Origin: Phoronis australis
Taxonomy: Eukaryota; Animalia; Phoronida
Length of the DNA stretch: 64,000 nt
Reading direction: 5' to 3'
Assembly (NCBI GenBank): GCA_002633005.1
Contig: NMRA01000046.1
Span: 1,203,126-1,267,125, forward strand
Shown: positions 36,748 through 49,026 of the stretch, piece by piece
Position numbering within the stretch: position 1 is the stretch's first letter
How the letters are laid out: each line of letters begins with the position of its first letter
Program-made: the position numbers and the translations under genes
The notes under the pieces: model-generated
Database searches by the model: none
Seen by the model: only the letters and a program-made list of their open reading frames with translations
What the model was told of the DNA's origin: nothing

Positions 36748-38433
36748 GTAACTCTTGTAGATCTTGAATATTAACCCCATTAGCCTTATTAGTGTTTAAC
36801 ACATCAACTTTCAAACGATGGCATGGTATCCAGGATATGCAATGACATCTATCTTACCAAGTAAGTGACTACGGCACAATGAAAATGAAATCATCACCAA
36901 ATTATATCTCATTCTAATAATTTGCCTTGATTTTCCATCTCCCTGCAAGAAAACTATCCGCTGACAGTATGGGCACACTTACCATTTATATTCAGGAAAG
37001 ACTAAATCAAGTGCCACGTCAAATAAGTTATTCTTTTTGTCTTGCTGTTTGTTTACATGTTGTCAGCGACAAATACTATGCATTACTGGATTCTATTCTA
37101 CAGGTTTTAACAAGAGATCTGATTTTTATGACCATGTGCCATGAAATAAATGTTTGAGTTAAATTTGTAACTATAATTCTGATCTATTTGGAGCTCATGC
37201 CATCATCGTTGTATAAGCTTCGGTAACATATTGCCCTGCAAAATATGGTTGCAAACACCGTGCGAAAATGTTTTACAATATCGCACGGGCTTCTTAAGAC
37301 CTGAAGTATTCCAGCTCTCCTTAACAGATCGTAAGTTTGTAGCCAGGTTCAATCTCTTACCAAAGAATGCTTTAAAAACTCAAGAACTTTCTTAAGGTTT
37401 GCCTCACGCGATAGCGAGTAATTCAGATAATTTGCGTTCATCATTTTAAAGCCAACACGCGCTATATAAATTTTCATTCAAGCTTCAAAGAAGAAATAGG
37501 GTCAGACATGGATGGGACTAAAAAGAAAGGTCCTCAAAGGCAAGCCACCAAACCAAGCATAACTATAAAACTTTTCAACAATTTCTCCAGCACATGCAAA
37601 CTGGGTACACTGGGAACGCAGTATTTAAAGAATATACACTAAAATGTGCTGAAAGTTGAAAGATCTTACAAAAACATGAAAGTGCGACAAGTTGCATATA
37701 AGGTATCATACGATCACCCTTCGAAACAAACCTGCATGTTAGCCCTCATGTGTAGCGAAGATCACAAGGCAACCTGACAAAGAACACAAGATATATAAAG
37801 CAATCTTACCACTGAAAAGCACTTCATTTTCTCAAGAATGATTTGCGAATTTTGCATGAAGGCTGCAAGAAACCGCACACTCTTTGCGTTGTTTATGAAT
37901 TCCAGAATTGGAAGGAACTAAGGTGAATTTAGGAGAAAGTCCGGGACAGTGGCATCATCCGGACAAGCAAAAACGCCAGGATTTCCCTTTAAAATTTGTT
38001 CTTTGGTTACAAAATCCTAAGTCCGCAAATAGGAAACTCTTGCGAACTCATTGTTCTTAACAATATTTGCGTCCGTGTCTTTATTGTCTGTGATTAGTGT
38101 AATCTATTTGGCTATTTTATCTGAAGTGAAAGGAGTACATTAGCTATCTCAAGGGCTCAGGAGACTTTTATCCTCTCTCTAATTCCACTCAACTTTTGTC
38201 ATTACTCTGCACCTTTTTCATTAACGAAGGCCCTTTCTTGAGAACAGAAATTGTTATGCATTCGTTAAACTAGTATAAGTAAATTTGTTAAGCGAACTGA
38301 CACGTCGTAACTGTGACATGAGGTAAATCTACGACGTTTGATGAGACTGTCGGTGCTACTTATACCTCCAATAAATCATCTTTTGAAATTTATGGGTGGA
38401 AAAACAAATTCCAAATAGCTGCTTAACTTCCAG

Positions 38434-38554
38434 GACAGACTCAAATCACTCGGAGAGGTTCAAAAAGGGATTCAACAGGATTTGTCGTCGTTGAGATCGT
38501 ACGTGAAAGAAGAGCTGTCTTGCAGTCCTTGTTCCAAATCCAGACAAACAACAG
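38434..38554 (+). CDS. EGF-FReD exon 2 (DRLKSLGEVQKGIQQDLSSLRSYVKEELSCSPCSKSRQTT)
   Basis: cttccag acceptor, G|gtaatt donor, 121 nt; phase 0 to 1 bridges exon 1 and the EGF exon; coiled coil ending in CxxC. Confidence 0.75.
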
Positions 38555-38747
38555 GTAATTTGTTGCAAAACACTCATCTAATATTATGCATGATGATCAC
38601 AGTGAAGTAGACTTATTTAAAAATGAAGTAGAACTAATCAGCAATTACTACACGCTCTTAAGTCTAATCTTTAAAAAGATTTGTGTAACGATCTATAAAC
38701 TTTGTTTACAAAACCAGAAATTCGAGGTGTATGTTGTTCATTTATAG

Positions 38748-40088
38748 TTGTCCCGATGACCTGCTACCCACCGTGTCAGAATTCTGGACAATGCGTAGCG
38801 ACACCAGCTGGTGATTTTTGTGAATGTCCACATGGATTCCGAGGATTTTCATGTGAAATTGAAGTGAACGAATGCTATCCTAACCCGTGCCGTCACGGCA
38901 ACTGTACAGACCTTGTAGCAGATTTTCGATGCTCTTGTGAAGCAGGTTACACCGGAAAACGGTGTGATATCGATATAAATGAGTGCCAGTCAAATCCTTG
39001 TGTTAACAAAGGCCTCTGTGTGGATTTGCTGAATGGATACACCTGCTCGTGTGGAGCTGGATTTCGAGGGACAAATTGTGAGAAATTGGAAGACAATTGT
39101 GCTTCCAATCCTTGTGTCCACGGAAATTGTACGCACATGACTAATGGTTACCAATGCGCGTGCAACCCAGGTTACTCCGGCAAGAACTGTCAGCGGGAAT
39201 TGAACGAATGTGCGTCAAGCCCATGCCTTCATGGAATTTGTAGCGATCTAGTCAATGGTTTCTCTTGTGTATGCAAGCCAGGTTTTATTGGAGATCGCTG
39301 CCACATTGAGGTGCAGGAGTGTGCATCAAGTCCTTGTCAGAACGGGAAATGTGTTGACTTCATCAACTCTTACCGATGTATATGCAACGCAGGCTTCATG
39401 GGTATAAACTGTGATATCAACATCGACGATTGTTTGTCCAATCCGTGCGTGCACGGCAGCTGCATAGACAAAGTAAATGGTTATTCTTGCTCGTGTAATC
39501 TTGGTTACGCAGGTACAAATTGTAAAACTGACATCAATGAATGTTCCTCCAGTCCCTGTCTCCATGGTAACTGCACGAACCAAATTAATGGGTATTCCTG
39601 CTCATGTAGTCTTGGCTACTCTGGTAAAAATTGTGAAACTGATATCAACGAATGCTCTTCCAGTCCTTGTCTCCATGGTAACTGCACGGACAAAATTAAT
39701 GGATATTCTTGTTCATGTAGTGTTGGCTATGCTGGCGAAAATTGTGAAACCGATATTAACGATTGTCACTCTGGCCCCTGTCTCCATGGAAACTGTACAG
39801 ACAAAGTGAACGGTTATTTCTGTTCATGTACTCCCGGATACACTGGCAAACATTGCGAAACTGACATCTACGAGTGTACATCCCACCCGTGCTCTCATGG
39901 CAACTGTACGGACCAAGTAAATGGCTATTCTTGTTCATGCTTTCCCGGATACGCTGGTAACAATTGCGAAGTGGAGATTGATGAATGCTTGTCTGCTCCC
40001 TGCGTAAATGGTGCAAGTTGCATTGATGAAGTTAACGGATATCGTTGCACTTGTATTCCAGGGTTCACAGGTGACCATTGTGAAATTG
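38748..40088 (+). CDS. EGF-FReD exon 3, 12 tandem Notch/fibropellin-type EGF domains
   Basis: ORF 38702..40147 with 12 six-Cys repeats, many with Ca-binding DINEC-type linkers. tttatag acceptor, G|gtgagt donor, 1341 nt, phase 1-1. Confidence 0.95.
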
Positions 40089-41364
40089 GTGAGTTGATAT
40101 ATTATTTGACTAGATGTCGGCATCTATTGATATGCCGTATCACGTGACGCAAATGGAAGCACACGATATACTTTTTTGAAAAAAATGCGTTTTACTTCTC
40201 AGTATGAGTCGTTAGAATTCATGAAATTTGAAAAGGCTTACAATATGCAATTGGTGAAATGAACGATGACATTCACTGTGCATTTATCTAAATGTTTTGC
40301 ATACTCAACTCTGTAAAATTCAACTAGCAACAACTGCTCTAAAGTCGTTCCAAAATTTTGTGCAATGAATTCCGAGTATCTACGAGAAAATAATGCTGCA
40401 ACGGATGTAACGTTTTTAAAATCAGAGAAGCATCGACGCTAACTCTAATGCAGGCTGTCAACCAAAACAATGCACTCTAATTATGGACTAGATAAACAGA
40501 TACAGGACTAGGTGCATTTTCCCACCGTTTCTCTTTGGAGGTCCGGTGTCCGGGCATCTGTTGTCCTCCTCACTTATCTACCAAACAGTTTGATGTATGT
40601 TTGTTTTAAGTAAAGGACATGCCCCACAACGTATGTCCTCTCGTAGCAATTTTAGTTTACTGTACCTGTTCCTATGCTTGCTAAGTTCCTCAACAAATCT
40701 TTACAAACGTTTTCAGATATGTTTGTATACAAAGGTGAGGTTTCCCGACAAATCATTTTTACAGCACTCTGTGACAGGTTTAGTATACTGGTGTCCGCCG
40801 CAAACAGTAGGGTCTTCATGAAAGTCGGTAGAAGTGCTCTTATTGTCAAGAGCTTGGCTAATGTAGATTTTCGGGCGGATCCTCATACCGCTGTTCGCCT
40901 GCCTGGATATCTACTAAGTCCATTGAAAGATGACATCTGAATTTGACAGATATGTTTCCAGTTTGGAAGGCATGGCTGACATTGATATTTGATTGCAGAA
41001 CTACTAATAACTCGCCGACGGAGGATAATAAATTTTGACAAACATTTTCCAGTTTAGAGAGCATTGCTTAGTATTCTGGTTCCGCTGTCTGGCACTCGCT
41101 TTTTTCTCTGCCAAATTACGGTTGAAATTTGTTTCTATCTGGAGTGGATTTTTGAGCATTTTTGAGCATTGCCACGCACTCCAGTGACAACTTTGCTGAA
41201 AATCTACATGGAAGTTGGCAGTTACGATTAAATTATTTGCCAATTTTCAGATAACTGGCACTGCAACCTGCCGGTTTTGATGCGCACTGTGGATGCATAT
41301 CATCTGTGGGTTTCTCTGCTTAAATTAGATATCAATCATCATTATCTGTTTTCCCTTTTCACAG

Positions 41365-41478
41365 ATAAAGACGACTGCATTTCCAATCCTTGCAAGAATG
41401 GCGGGAAATGCATTGATGAGATCAACGGTCATTCATGCCAATGTGTTCTGCCGTTTCATGGATCAGACTGTGCCCAAT
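41365..41478 (+). CDS. EGF-FReD exon 4, 13th EGF domain (DKDDCISNPCKNGGKCIDEINGHSCQCVLPFHGSDCAQ)
   Basis: Classic 114-nt phase 1-1 EGF exon; ttttcacag acceptor, gtatgc donor. Confidence 0.92.
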
Positions 41479-42609
41479 GTATGCTTATATACTTATATAC
41501 AACAAACTAAACCAGTAATTCTATCATTTAAAGTCCTTCTCTCACGCGTTGTTAACCCTTATTACATGGTTAGAGGATGTTATAAGGATCCAAGAAGTAC
41601 TTACCCCATAACTAATACACAATCCGTACTCGAAAAAAGTTTAAATGAACGCGCCACTCACGATTCGCACCCGAAGAACCACCGCTATTTTGAACTTGCC
41701 GCGAACCCGGAAGTACAATTCATTCAGGAACCCAGGCCGAGAAAACGCCATCAGTGCGACTGGAGCAGTGCCTGTACTGTTACCAGCCAGCAAACGGGGA
41801 TAAAATAATCAAATCATAAATGCTGCATATATTCAAGAGTAGTTTCAGACACTTGCATGAAATTACGGGCTGGTTAATCCTGTGTCTCACTGCCGCGGCA
41901 GACCTTAGTTAGCCTCAGTCACCAGCTACCAGTGAAGACTATAGTCAAAATACAGCTTGTTAGTAGGCCTATACAGCTTTGTGCCAAGGCTACCGTTAGG
42001 CCTAACTGGTCTCTGGCCTCAGCGCTCGCTCAAACGAGGTTTATTTAGAACTTGGGTACTTCTGGCGAACTGTGCAAAATTGTTGGCTTTCAATAGAGAT
42101 TTTCCCAGACAGCGCACCAAACCTAAAAGAATGGGGGGGNGGGGGGGGGGGTTGGAATTTTTGGGAATGTCTATCTTTTACTATGAGATTCAGTGGGTAT
42201 GTTCAGAGCTATGAATTGCAGACTCTAAATTTTGGTACTTCCTGTCTTATAGTGGAATATTGTCTTATTTTCTACTTTTTTCGGAATTCGTGCTTCTGTG
42301 ACTGAGGCAGACCTTTTTCCACTTCTCCAAAAAGGGGGCTCGTTCGAGCACATAAGTATGACAAGTCCAATACAACATGTTATCATATTTTATTCATTAA
42401 GCCAAAATGATTCAAACTTTTAACATACTAAGTAACTTAAAATGCACAATACTTTACAACATTTAGCATTACAAACATTATTCAACAGCAACAGTTTCCA
42501 TGATATGAAAGTGGACATACATGTAACTATTACCATGGTGACGGAATAGTGTTTCCTTACACCAGAATTTGACAAGCATCATTTAAAAAAATATGAAGTT
42601 GCAAGGAAC

Positions 42610-43400
42610 AAGAATTAGAGGCTTGAAGCTTCACAATCCAAAATAGCTTATTTCTCAAATTAAGATTATTCATATTGTTGACTTGATAACCTGAATTAAG
42701 AACCAATAAGTTACAAAACATGACTTGAAAGCAATTGAAAAATATGAATCATTTTGCGACACCGAATCAAGCCTTGAACAGCAGTTGACAGTCAAACAAA
42801 AAACCATTTCAAAATTATTTCAACTATTTTTTAGCTTAGTGTAAGATCACCTGAATGGGAAATTTGCAGTAAAATAATTCGAATATATCTTATATTTTTG
42901 CCCAAAAACACGAAAATTGAACAAAGTTTCTTTTTTTAGAAACCTTTGTCAAAATGTATCAATGTTAAATCTTCACAAATTATAAAGTAGCCGATTGAAC
43001 ATGACTTTCAGTTCAGCAAAAGTCGCCATGTTGTCGGTGCCGCCAGAAATGAGACGAAGGCCAACGGGAATTGTGAGCACATTTATCACTTAATGAGTAA
43101 CAACTGCGAGGCTGAAATTTGGTGAACACTCTTAAATCGTGCAGAATAGTAAGTAAAGATATGTCTAACTAAATTTCACCGTAATTTGTTGGCGAAAACA
43201 ATTTACACAAAGTTTTAAACTCGTAACTTATCCCGCTGTCCTCCAATATGGCCGACGCGATCCAAACAAAGTGACACAAATTTCGCCACAAAACTTACAC
43301 TGCTTGCCCGGATTTTGATACTTTTTCGATTTTTACTGAGTAGATTGCACTACCTTTCCGATGATAGCAAAGTACTTTTTCAAAACGAGAAAAAAAAAAA
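42610..43400. mobile_element. Solo arm fragment of the 31692-35314 foldback family
   Basis: Reverse-complement homology to about 33850-34650, e.g. gtcgccatgttgtcggtgccgcc(a/g)gaaatgagac. Confidence 0.85.
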
Positions 43401-44334
43401 ATAAAACCCAAAAAATTGGTTCGACCCATATTGGTTCCTAGGTTCGACCGGCCTACGTAAGGAACTAAACCCCAATGCTATTTTAACATACTAAGTACGC
43501 GTAACATTCCAAAAAAATTCAACTACCACTAACTACAAACTATAATTACACTACATATGAAAACGAATCACGAGATATTACTAATAAAACAAAATAATGA
43601 AGACTTTTCGAGCAAGCCATAGCACATTCAGTTACAAGGAAAAAATGGCGGCGTTCAGGACAAGTTCCTGAACTGATGAGCCGGAAATGTGGGTACGGAA
43701 ATAACCGATGACAGCCGGTAATTATACGCTCACAGAGAAGGGTCAAATATTGTTAAAAATCGCTTTTGGCAAGAAAGGCGAAAAGAATATAAAGAAAGGG
43801 TGTCGAAAATAAGATTTTATGTAGTAAGTATTTTCTGATACTGGAACCACATGGGCAGTTTGAGAGAAGGACTTTAAACTTGCATTTTTCACCGTTTTGT
43901 CGGCTAGAAAGAGAAAATTGAATTAAAATTAGAATTAAAATCGGTCTCTAAATATTTCTTGACGGGATAGTATGCTATTTCATTTTCCACTAAGAACGTC
44001 GAAATGATCAGCAACTCAAGAAAACGTTTGAGAGTTGTTGGGGTTGGCTAACCTTAAAATTGCAAATTCGAAAATGACAAGTGTACGCACTGTCCATGAC
44101 TAGTGCTGAAGGTGAGCAATATTATGAGACCGATATGATGATATTAGAAGGCTGATAATCGATGTTCGTTTATGCCGGATCAACATGTCGAATTGCAAGT
44201 ACACTTACGTGGTATCCCAAACGTGTCTATTAGCGAAAGGTGCAAAGTATGTTTAGTTTAAGCATTGTGCTTATCACCAGGTACGCGTTGTTCGTACATA
44301 TTTTGTGTTGTCGTTGTTGCTGGTGGAGTGAACA

Positions 44335-44480
44335 TTATGTGACGATGCTGTTGCTGATTATAATAAGATGATGATGATAATGATGAGTATGGTGATGTCA
44401 ATGGTGATGACGACGATGACGGAGATACGTGTGCTAATCACTGTTTTTGTTGGTTTGGCGACGGTGATAATGTTACTGGT
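44335..44480. repeat. Degenerate (GAT/GAC/GTT)n low-complexity tract
   Basis: gatgatgatgataatgatgag...gatgacgacgatgac. Confidence 0.7.
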
Positions 44481-44587
44481 TTGTGTAGTTGGTTCGCTTC
44501 GTAGTAAGGTGTCGACAGATTTTCTTTAATAGTGTTGATTATGTGATCTAAAAACCACGCTGATCAAAATCGTCACTTCGCTTTCAG

Positions 44588-44732
44588 TTCCCCGCACAGA
44601 TTGTGAGGATCTTCAAAAATACGCCAACTCCACCACTGATGGCGTGTATACCTTAGTTACATCCAGCGGTAACGAAACTACAGTTTGGTGCGACATGTCA
44701 GTCAATGGTGGAGGATGGACCGTGTTTCAGCG
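44588..44732 (+). CDS. EGF-FReD exon 5, start of fibrinogen C-terminal domain (FPRTDCEDL...GVYTL...VWCDMSVNGGGWTVFQR)
   Basis: Canonical DC...GVY...CDM...GGGWTVFQR motif; ctttcag acceptor, CG|gtttgt donor, phase 1 to 2. Confidence 0.92.
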
Positions 44733-45389
44733 GTTTGTAGCACGAATCAATGGTTTTTACGATCAACATACCTTATTTAGATTAATAATTTATTTAAACG
44801 CTATTGAAGTCACTCTAATTGCGAAGAAATTTTAAAACACTACCATTCAGTTCAGACGATTAACATGAAAAAATCTCTGCCTCAGTCTTCACAACTTCAA
44901 AAACGCAACTTAATCTATGCGTTTTTAAAGACTTGTCAGTTCGCTCATACCATTTTATTTGTTTTCAAATTTTCCTCATCCCCACGTATTGTTTTCATAA
45001 TTGCTTTATGTAAGTAAGTTATTTGCTCCACACAAACACCGTCGATATACGACCAAAAACGCAACTTCTTTGCGTTTTCGTTTAACGTCCATACCAATAT
45101 GCCAAATAATCATGAAGTAAATCTCTTCGAAAAAGTTGTGTTTTCGACCGCTCACACTAGGGTCATTCAATACATACACAAAATGTGCCGATAGTGACTT
45201 AGGTGAAGTAATATCCCATAAGACTCTATTCCGCGTATCGACAGAGACCGAAGGTGTTTATCCCATACGCTTCCAATTCTTTTATTTTTCGGCGATTTTT
45301 TAAAATACTGTTCACGTGACGAATCACATCCTATGTATATGTATTGTGCGTTAGGTTACAAGTTTTATCTAGTAAAAAAACAACGTAAA

Positions 45390-47606
45390 AGGAGAATTCC
45401 ACCCGATTTAATTAGCCTTTTTACCGTCTCAATCGGTTTATATCCATATCACTTCGTATACGGTCGATCTTACCCGCCGAGAGGAAGGTGACAAACGACG
45501 TAGCAACGTCAGTGGTTCTTTGGCAGGGTGAGTGCTGGTATGACATGCACGCAACCGTAGGGGGGGCCCCTCGGGTGGCTCAAACCAGCCCCCCATTTGG
45601 CGAAGTGGACAAAAGGTCCGCCACAGAGATACAAAAAGTCCCAGAAAACGAAAAGGCGAAAACTCAAAATTTACAGTTCTGAAGGTGGTACCCGTTTTTT
45701 TAGTCCTGTTGCCTTTTTGTCAGCAGAAGGTCCACATCGTCAGAAATTCGAGCCCCCAATATTAAAATCTGGGTGCGCGCATGTATGGTGTGGTGTATCG
45801 ATCATTCCCGCTTGTGCGAACTATGAAGCTGCGAGGAAATCGGGAAAATCGATTTCCTCTAAAGCCCATAAAGCTTCGGAAGTGGCTCGCGGTAGTGAAG
45901 AATGAAAAGTTCGCCATTAATACCTAGTGAGGCCGTAAAACTTCTTCGCGTCTTGCAGTGGCCTGCATTTCGTCGGATCGGTTGTTGATCAGTTTTTGAT
46001 TATGGAGAATTGTAGATGATTATGAAAACATAAACAATTACAATTAATTCAAGGCGTTAGAGCATAACGTTTTATATAACTTGTTTGATGACTGACTCGT
46101 TCATTAGGCTTCTGTTTGGTCCTCCGGTTGTAGGATGTTTTCGCCAGTTCTTTTTCTTAGCCCTAAGAAAACGTCGTAAGCACCCGTTTTTCAGATGCGG
46201 TGCAAAATCAGGATTGTGCGTGAGACACATCTGCGCTTCTCCAAGAATTCTTTTCACTTGCGGAATTTCGCGGTAGCAAACGCAAGCACCAGTCGTTTCC
46301 ATTATCGTGCGGTTAGTTCATGGACAAGTCATCCAAACGGTTTTTGGGACTATTCATATGTTCCGTTGTCTGTGCACGTTCACGGAGCCCCTCTATTATT
46401 TCTTGATCAGTGTATTCCTATGAAACCTAACAATCGACCTGTGAATTCATCGGATGAGCATTCGTCTTAGTCGGGATTGCGAGTTGATGCCACGTTGGCG
46501 GTTATATTTTATATTGTGCGTTCTGTTTCCGTCAAAATAATTATTCTCACCCTGACCAATGCTTATACAAAACTGAAACAAAGCCTGTCTCCTTAGATGC
46601 AATTTGTAATGCCTTGGAGTTTTCGTGAGTGAAAATGTTTTGAAAAGCCAACAATGAATAAACCGCTGCGTTACCGGCTTTAGATGTAATAAACCGGCTA
46701 ATTGATAGGGCACCGAGACCTAAGCTCATGCTAATTCGGTGTTTGCTGACAGAAAGCTGTTGTGAAACAATAACTCCATTTTATATCCTATGGTCAAATG
46801 TTAGGAGAATCTTTATTTAGACATTCATATGGATAATTTGAATAATTGTGACTGTACAAATTTTGCCATGACGGTTCTGTGGAAGGGCCAACCTGACTTG
46901 GCGGCCAACGGCGAGCTAGTAAGTAGATTTGCAGAATTTTGAGGATAATTCGCCAAAATGATCAGCGTGCACACTTTTTCTTTGGCTCACTAGTATAGTC
47001 TTTTCGTGACTGGAAGTTTAGTTTCCAACGTTGGCTGGTTTGTGTTCGTGATGTCTTCAGTCCTCCGGGCCGCGATGGGCCTGATCGGGTTCCGAGCCAC
47101 TTGCCGGGATAGCAAACGTTTTGTGTGGTTAGAACTGAAAAAATCGCAAGTCTAAAATTACAACACGCAGCTATGTTCTCCTGTCTGTATTCCACGGTCG
47201 AATAATTTAAATTTATCACCAAACAGACCCCAATCTCCCACAACCGATCTTGCGTAAATTGGCCTACCGAACTGTGTAGGCTACGATACTTTCAAATACC
47301 TAAAAATCCGTAACATCGAAATAAAATTACACGTTTGTTTTTACCTCGATGTATTTATAAGGGTTTTACGTGGAATATTGATAATTTATTGATGTAAAAC
47401 TATGAATTCAAGCGATAAGCGGACACCAGTATGCGTAGTGTGAACTGCTGAACAGACTGCATTCGAAGCTCTGACGTCATTGGTTAATTTCAACACCTTC
47501 GTCTGCCGTCAGGTGTCGGGTAAAAGAGCTGTACTTACTGTTATCGAGTGGAACTACTCGATCTAAATTGATACAAAATAACTTGTTTTTTGAGTGGCAT
47601 TCTCCT
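45390..47606 (+). mobile_element. Kolobok-type DNA transposon copy 2 (THAP remnant on plus, KolX/P2X7-C-terminus-like remnant on minus)
   Basis: taaa-AGGAGAATTCCACCC...GAGTGGCATTCTCCT-ttaa. Minus-strand EYTDQE...RLDDLS...METTGACVCYREIPQV...CLTHNPDF at about 46090-46460. Homologous to 4027-5701. Confidence 0.8.
45544..45783. mobile_element. Nested 240-bp MITE with imperfect 5-bp target duplication
   Basis: tatga-CATGCACGCAACC...GGGTGCGCGCATG-tatgg; absent from Kolobok copy 1 at the equivalent position. Confidence 0.7.
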
Positions 47607-49026
47607 TTAAAGGTAACGATCTATTACTTGAAAAAAGATAACAAAGACGAAACAACGGTAACTTTGCAGTTTGTAACATTTCCCGTAAATAATTAAATAA
47701 CAGCAATATTTAACATTGCGTTACCGAGGAATCGGCGCCTGAGTTGCAGACGATATAACATTCAGCAAATAAAACTGAGACAGAAGCGTCATATAATAAA
47801 CAGTTTTTACCAGATGTTACGTTTGGGACCTGATTGCTTGTTGAATGTTATTTATAATGCTGAAATTTTATTACTTTAAGCCAATTTGAGAAAGTTGGAG
47901 AATCGAGTTTCACCTACTCAGAACACAGAATGTGTTTTGTCAGTGGAAAGATATCGCTGAATTTCATAATTACAACCATATATGTACTCCCGTTATTAAA
48001 CTATAATTTTTAAAAAAATATTTATGCTGCCCTGCCAGTGAAGTGATTACCCATAATGCACATGAGCCATCTGACAGCAGAAAAACATGTCGAGAACATG
48101 CGAGGTGAGTAGGTGTTTTGGCACGTGTTGTGAGCAAAACGCAAGGAATCAAAACGTACTAACATTTGGAAATCACAGTCATTGGTTGTTACGCAATTGT
48201 CTCAACTATTTATGTTACTATACCGAATCAATCGAAGTCGACGAATCTTGGCCGTGTCGTGTGTAACTGTAAACATGGGACTAGCTCTTTTAGTTTTAGT
48301 CAGTTTTAGTGCCTCAGGACTTCGTCAATTTTGATTGGTACCGTTTCCTCTTCGAGGAGATTATATGCAACAAGTAGGCACATGATTTTTGACTGCTGAC
48401 GATATCAGTTGCTTACGAAAAACACGTTTCCAGCCTGTCATTGTGATGTTCAATGTCTTTCGTTCATCAAGTTTGTGATAGAGTACTAAGGCCAGGGCGT
48501 AAAATGCTTCCATGGTTGTATCTTTAAATTACAGCTACGATTCTCCGAACACCAGACCTAGACCAGCTGATAGGAAACCCATAGTTGAAATCCCTATGCC
48601 GGGCCACGCCACTGAACTCCTTACTTGTGTCAAAACCGCTCCACACACACACACACACACACTGCTTTCACGCAGTCAAGTCTCCTGGATAAGAAGTTAA
48701 TTGTTCTTCAGGTATAGGGCATTTCTGAATTTATGTGGGTGTGACTGTGGCGTGTGTGTGTAAATAAGGGGTGCAGGTTTGGGAGGTTTACCATGAGTTT
48801 AATGTGTGATGGTCTTGGACTGGGATTTGCTGGCTAGATGGTATTTAGTAGACATGTGATGGGCAAGAACCCTTTGACCTCCTGCTGTATACACAGGCAG
48901 TCATCTGGTGGGGCAAGGGTTCAAGGTTTTCAAAAGTTACATTATTGCTGTGTACAAAGTAAATGGAGATGTTCTGTTAAATGGTTACAGGATTTTCCCT
49001 TAATCGGCATTTGTTCTGCCCACATT

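Noticed and set aside
38947-40123. Several alternative-frame and antisense ORFs over the EGF exon
   Set aside because: By-products of repetitive coding sequence.
38702-40147. Calling the EGF ORF Notch, crumbs or fibropellin
   Set aside because: No LNR, ankyrin, laminin G, CUB, avidin or transmembrane segment; phase-compatible downstream exons encode a fibrinogen domain.
40540-41270. Possible LINE ORF1 remnant on the minus strand
   Set aside because: Overlapping short ORFs with no diagnostic motif I can support.
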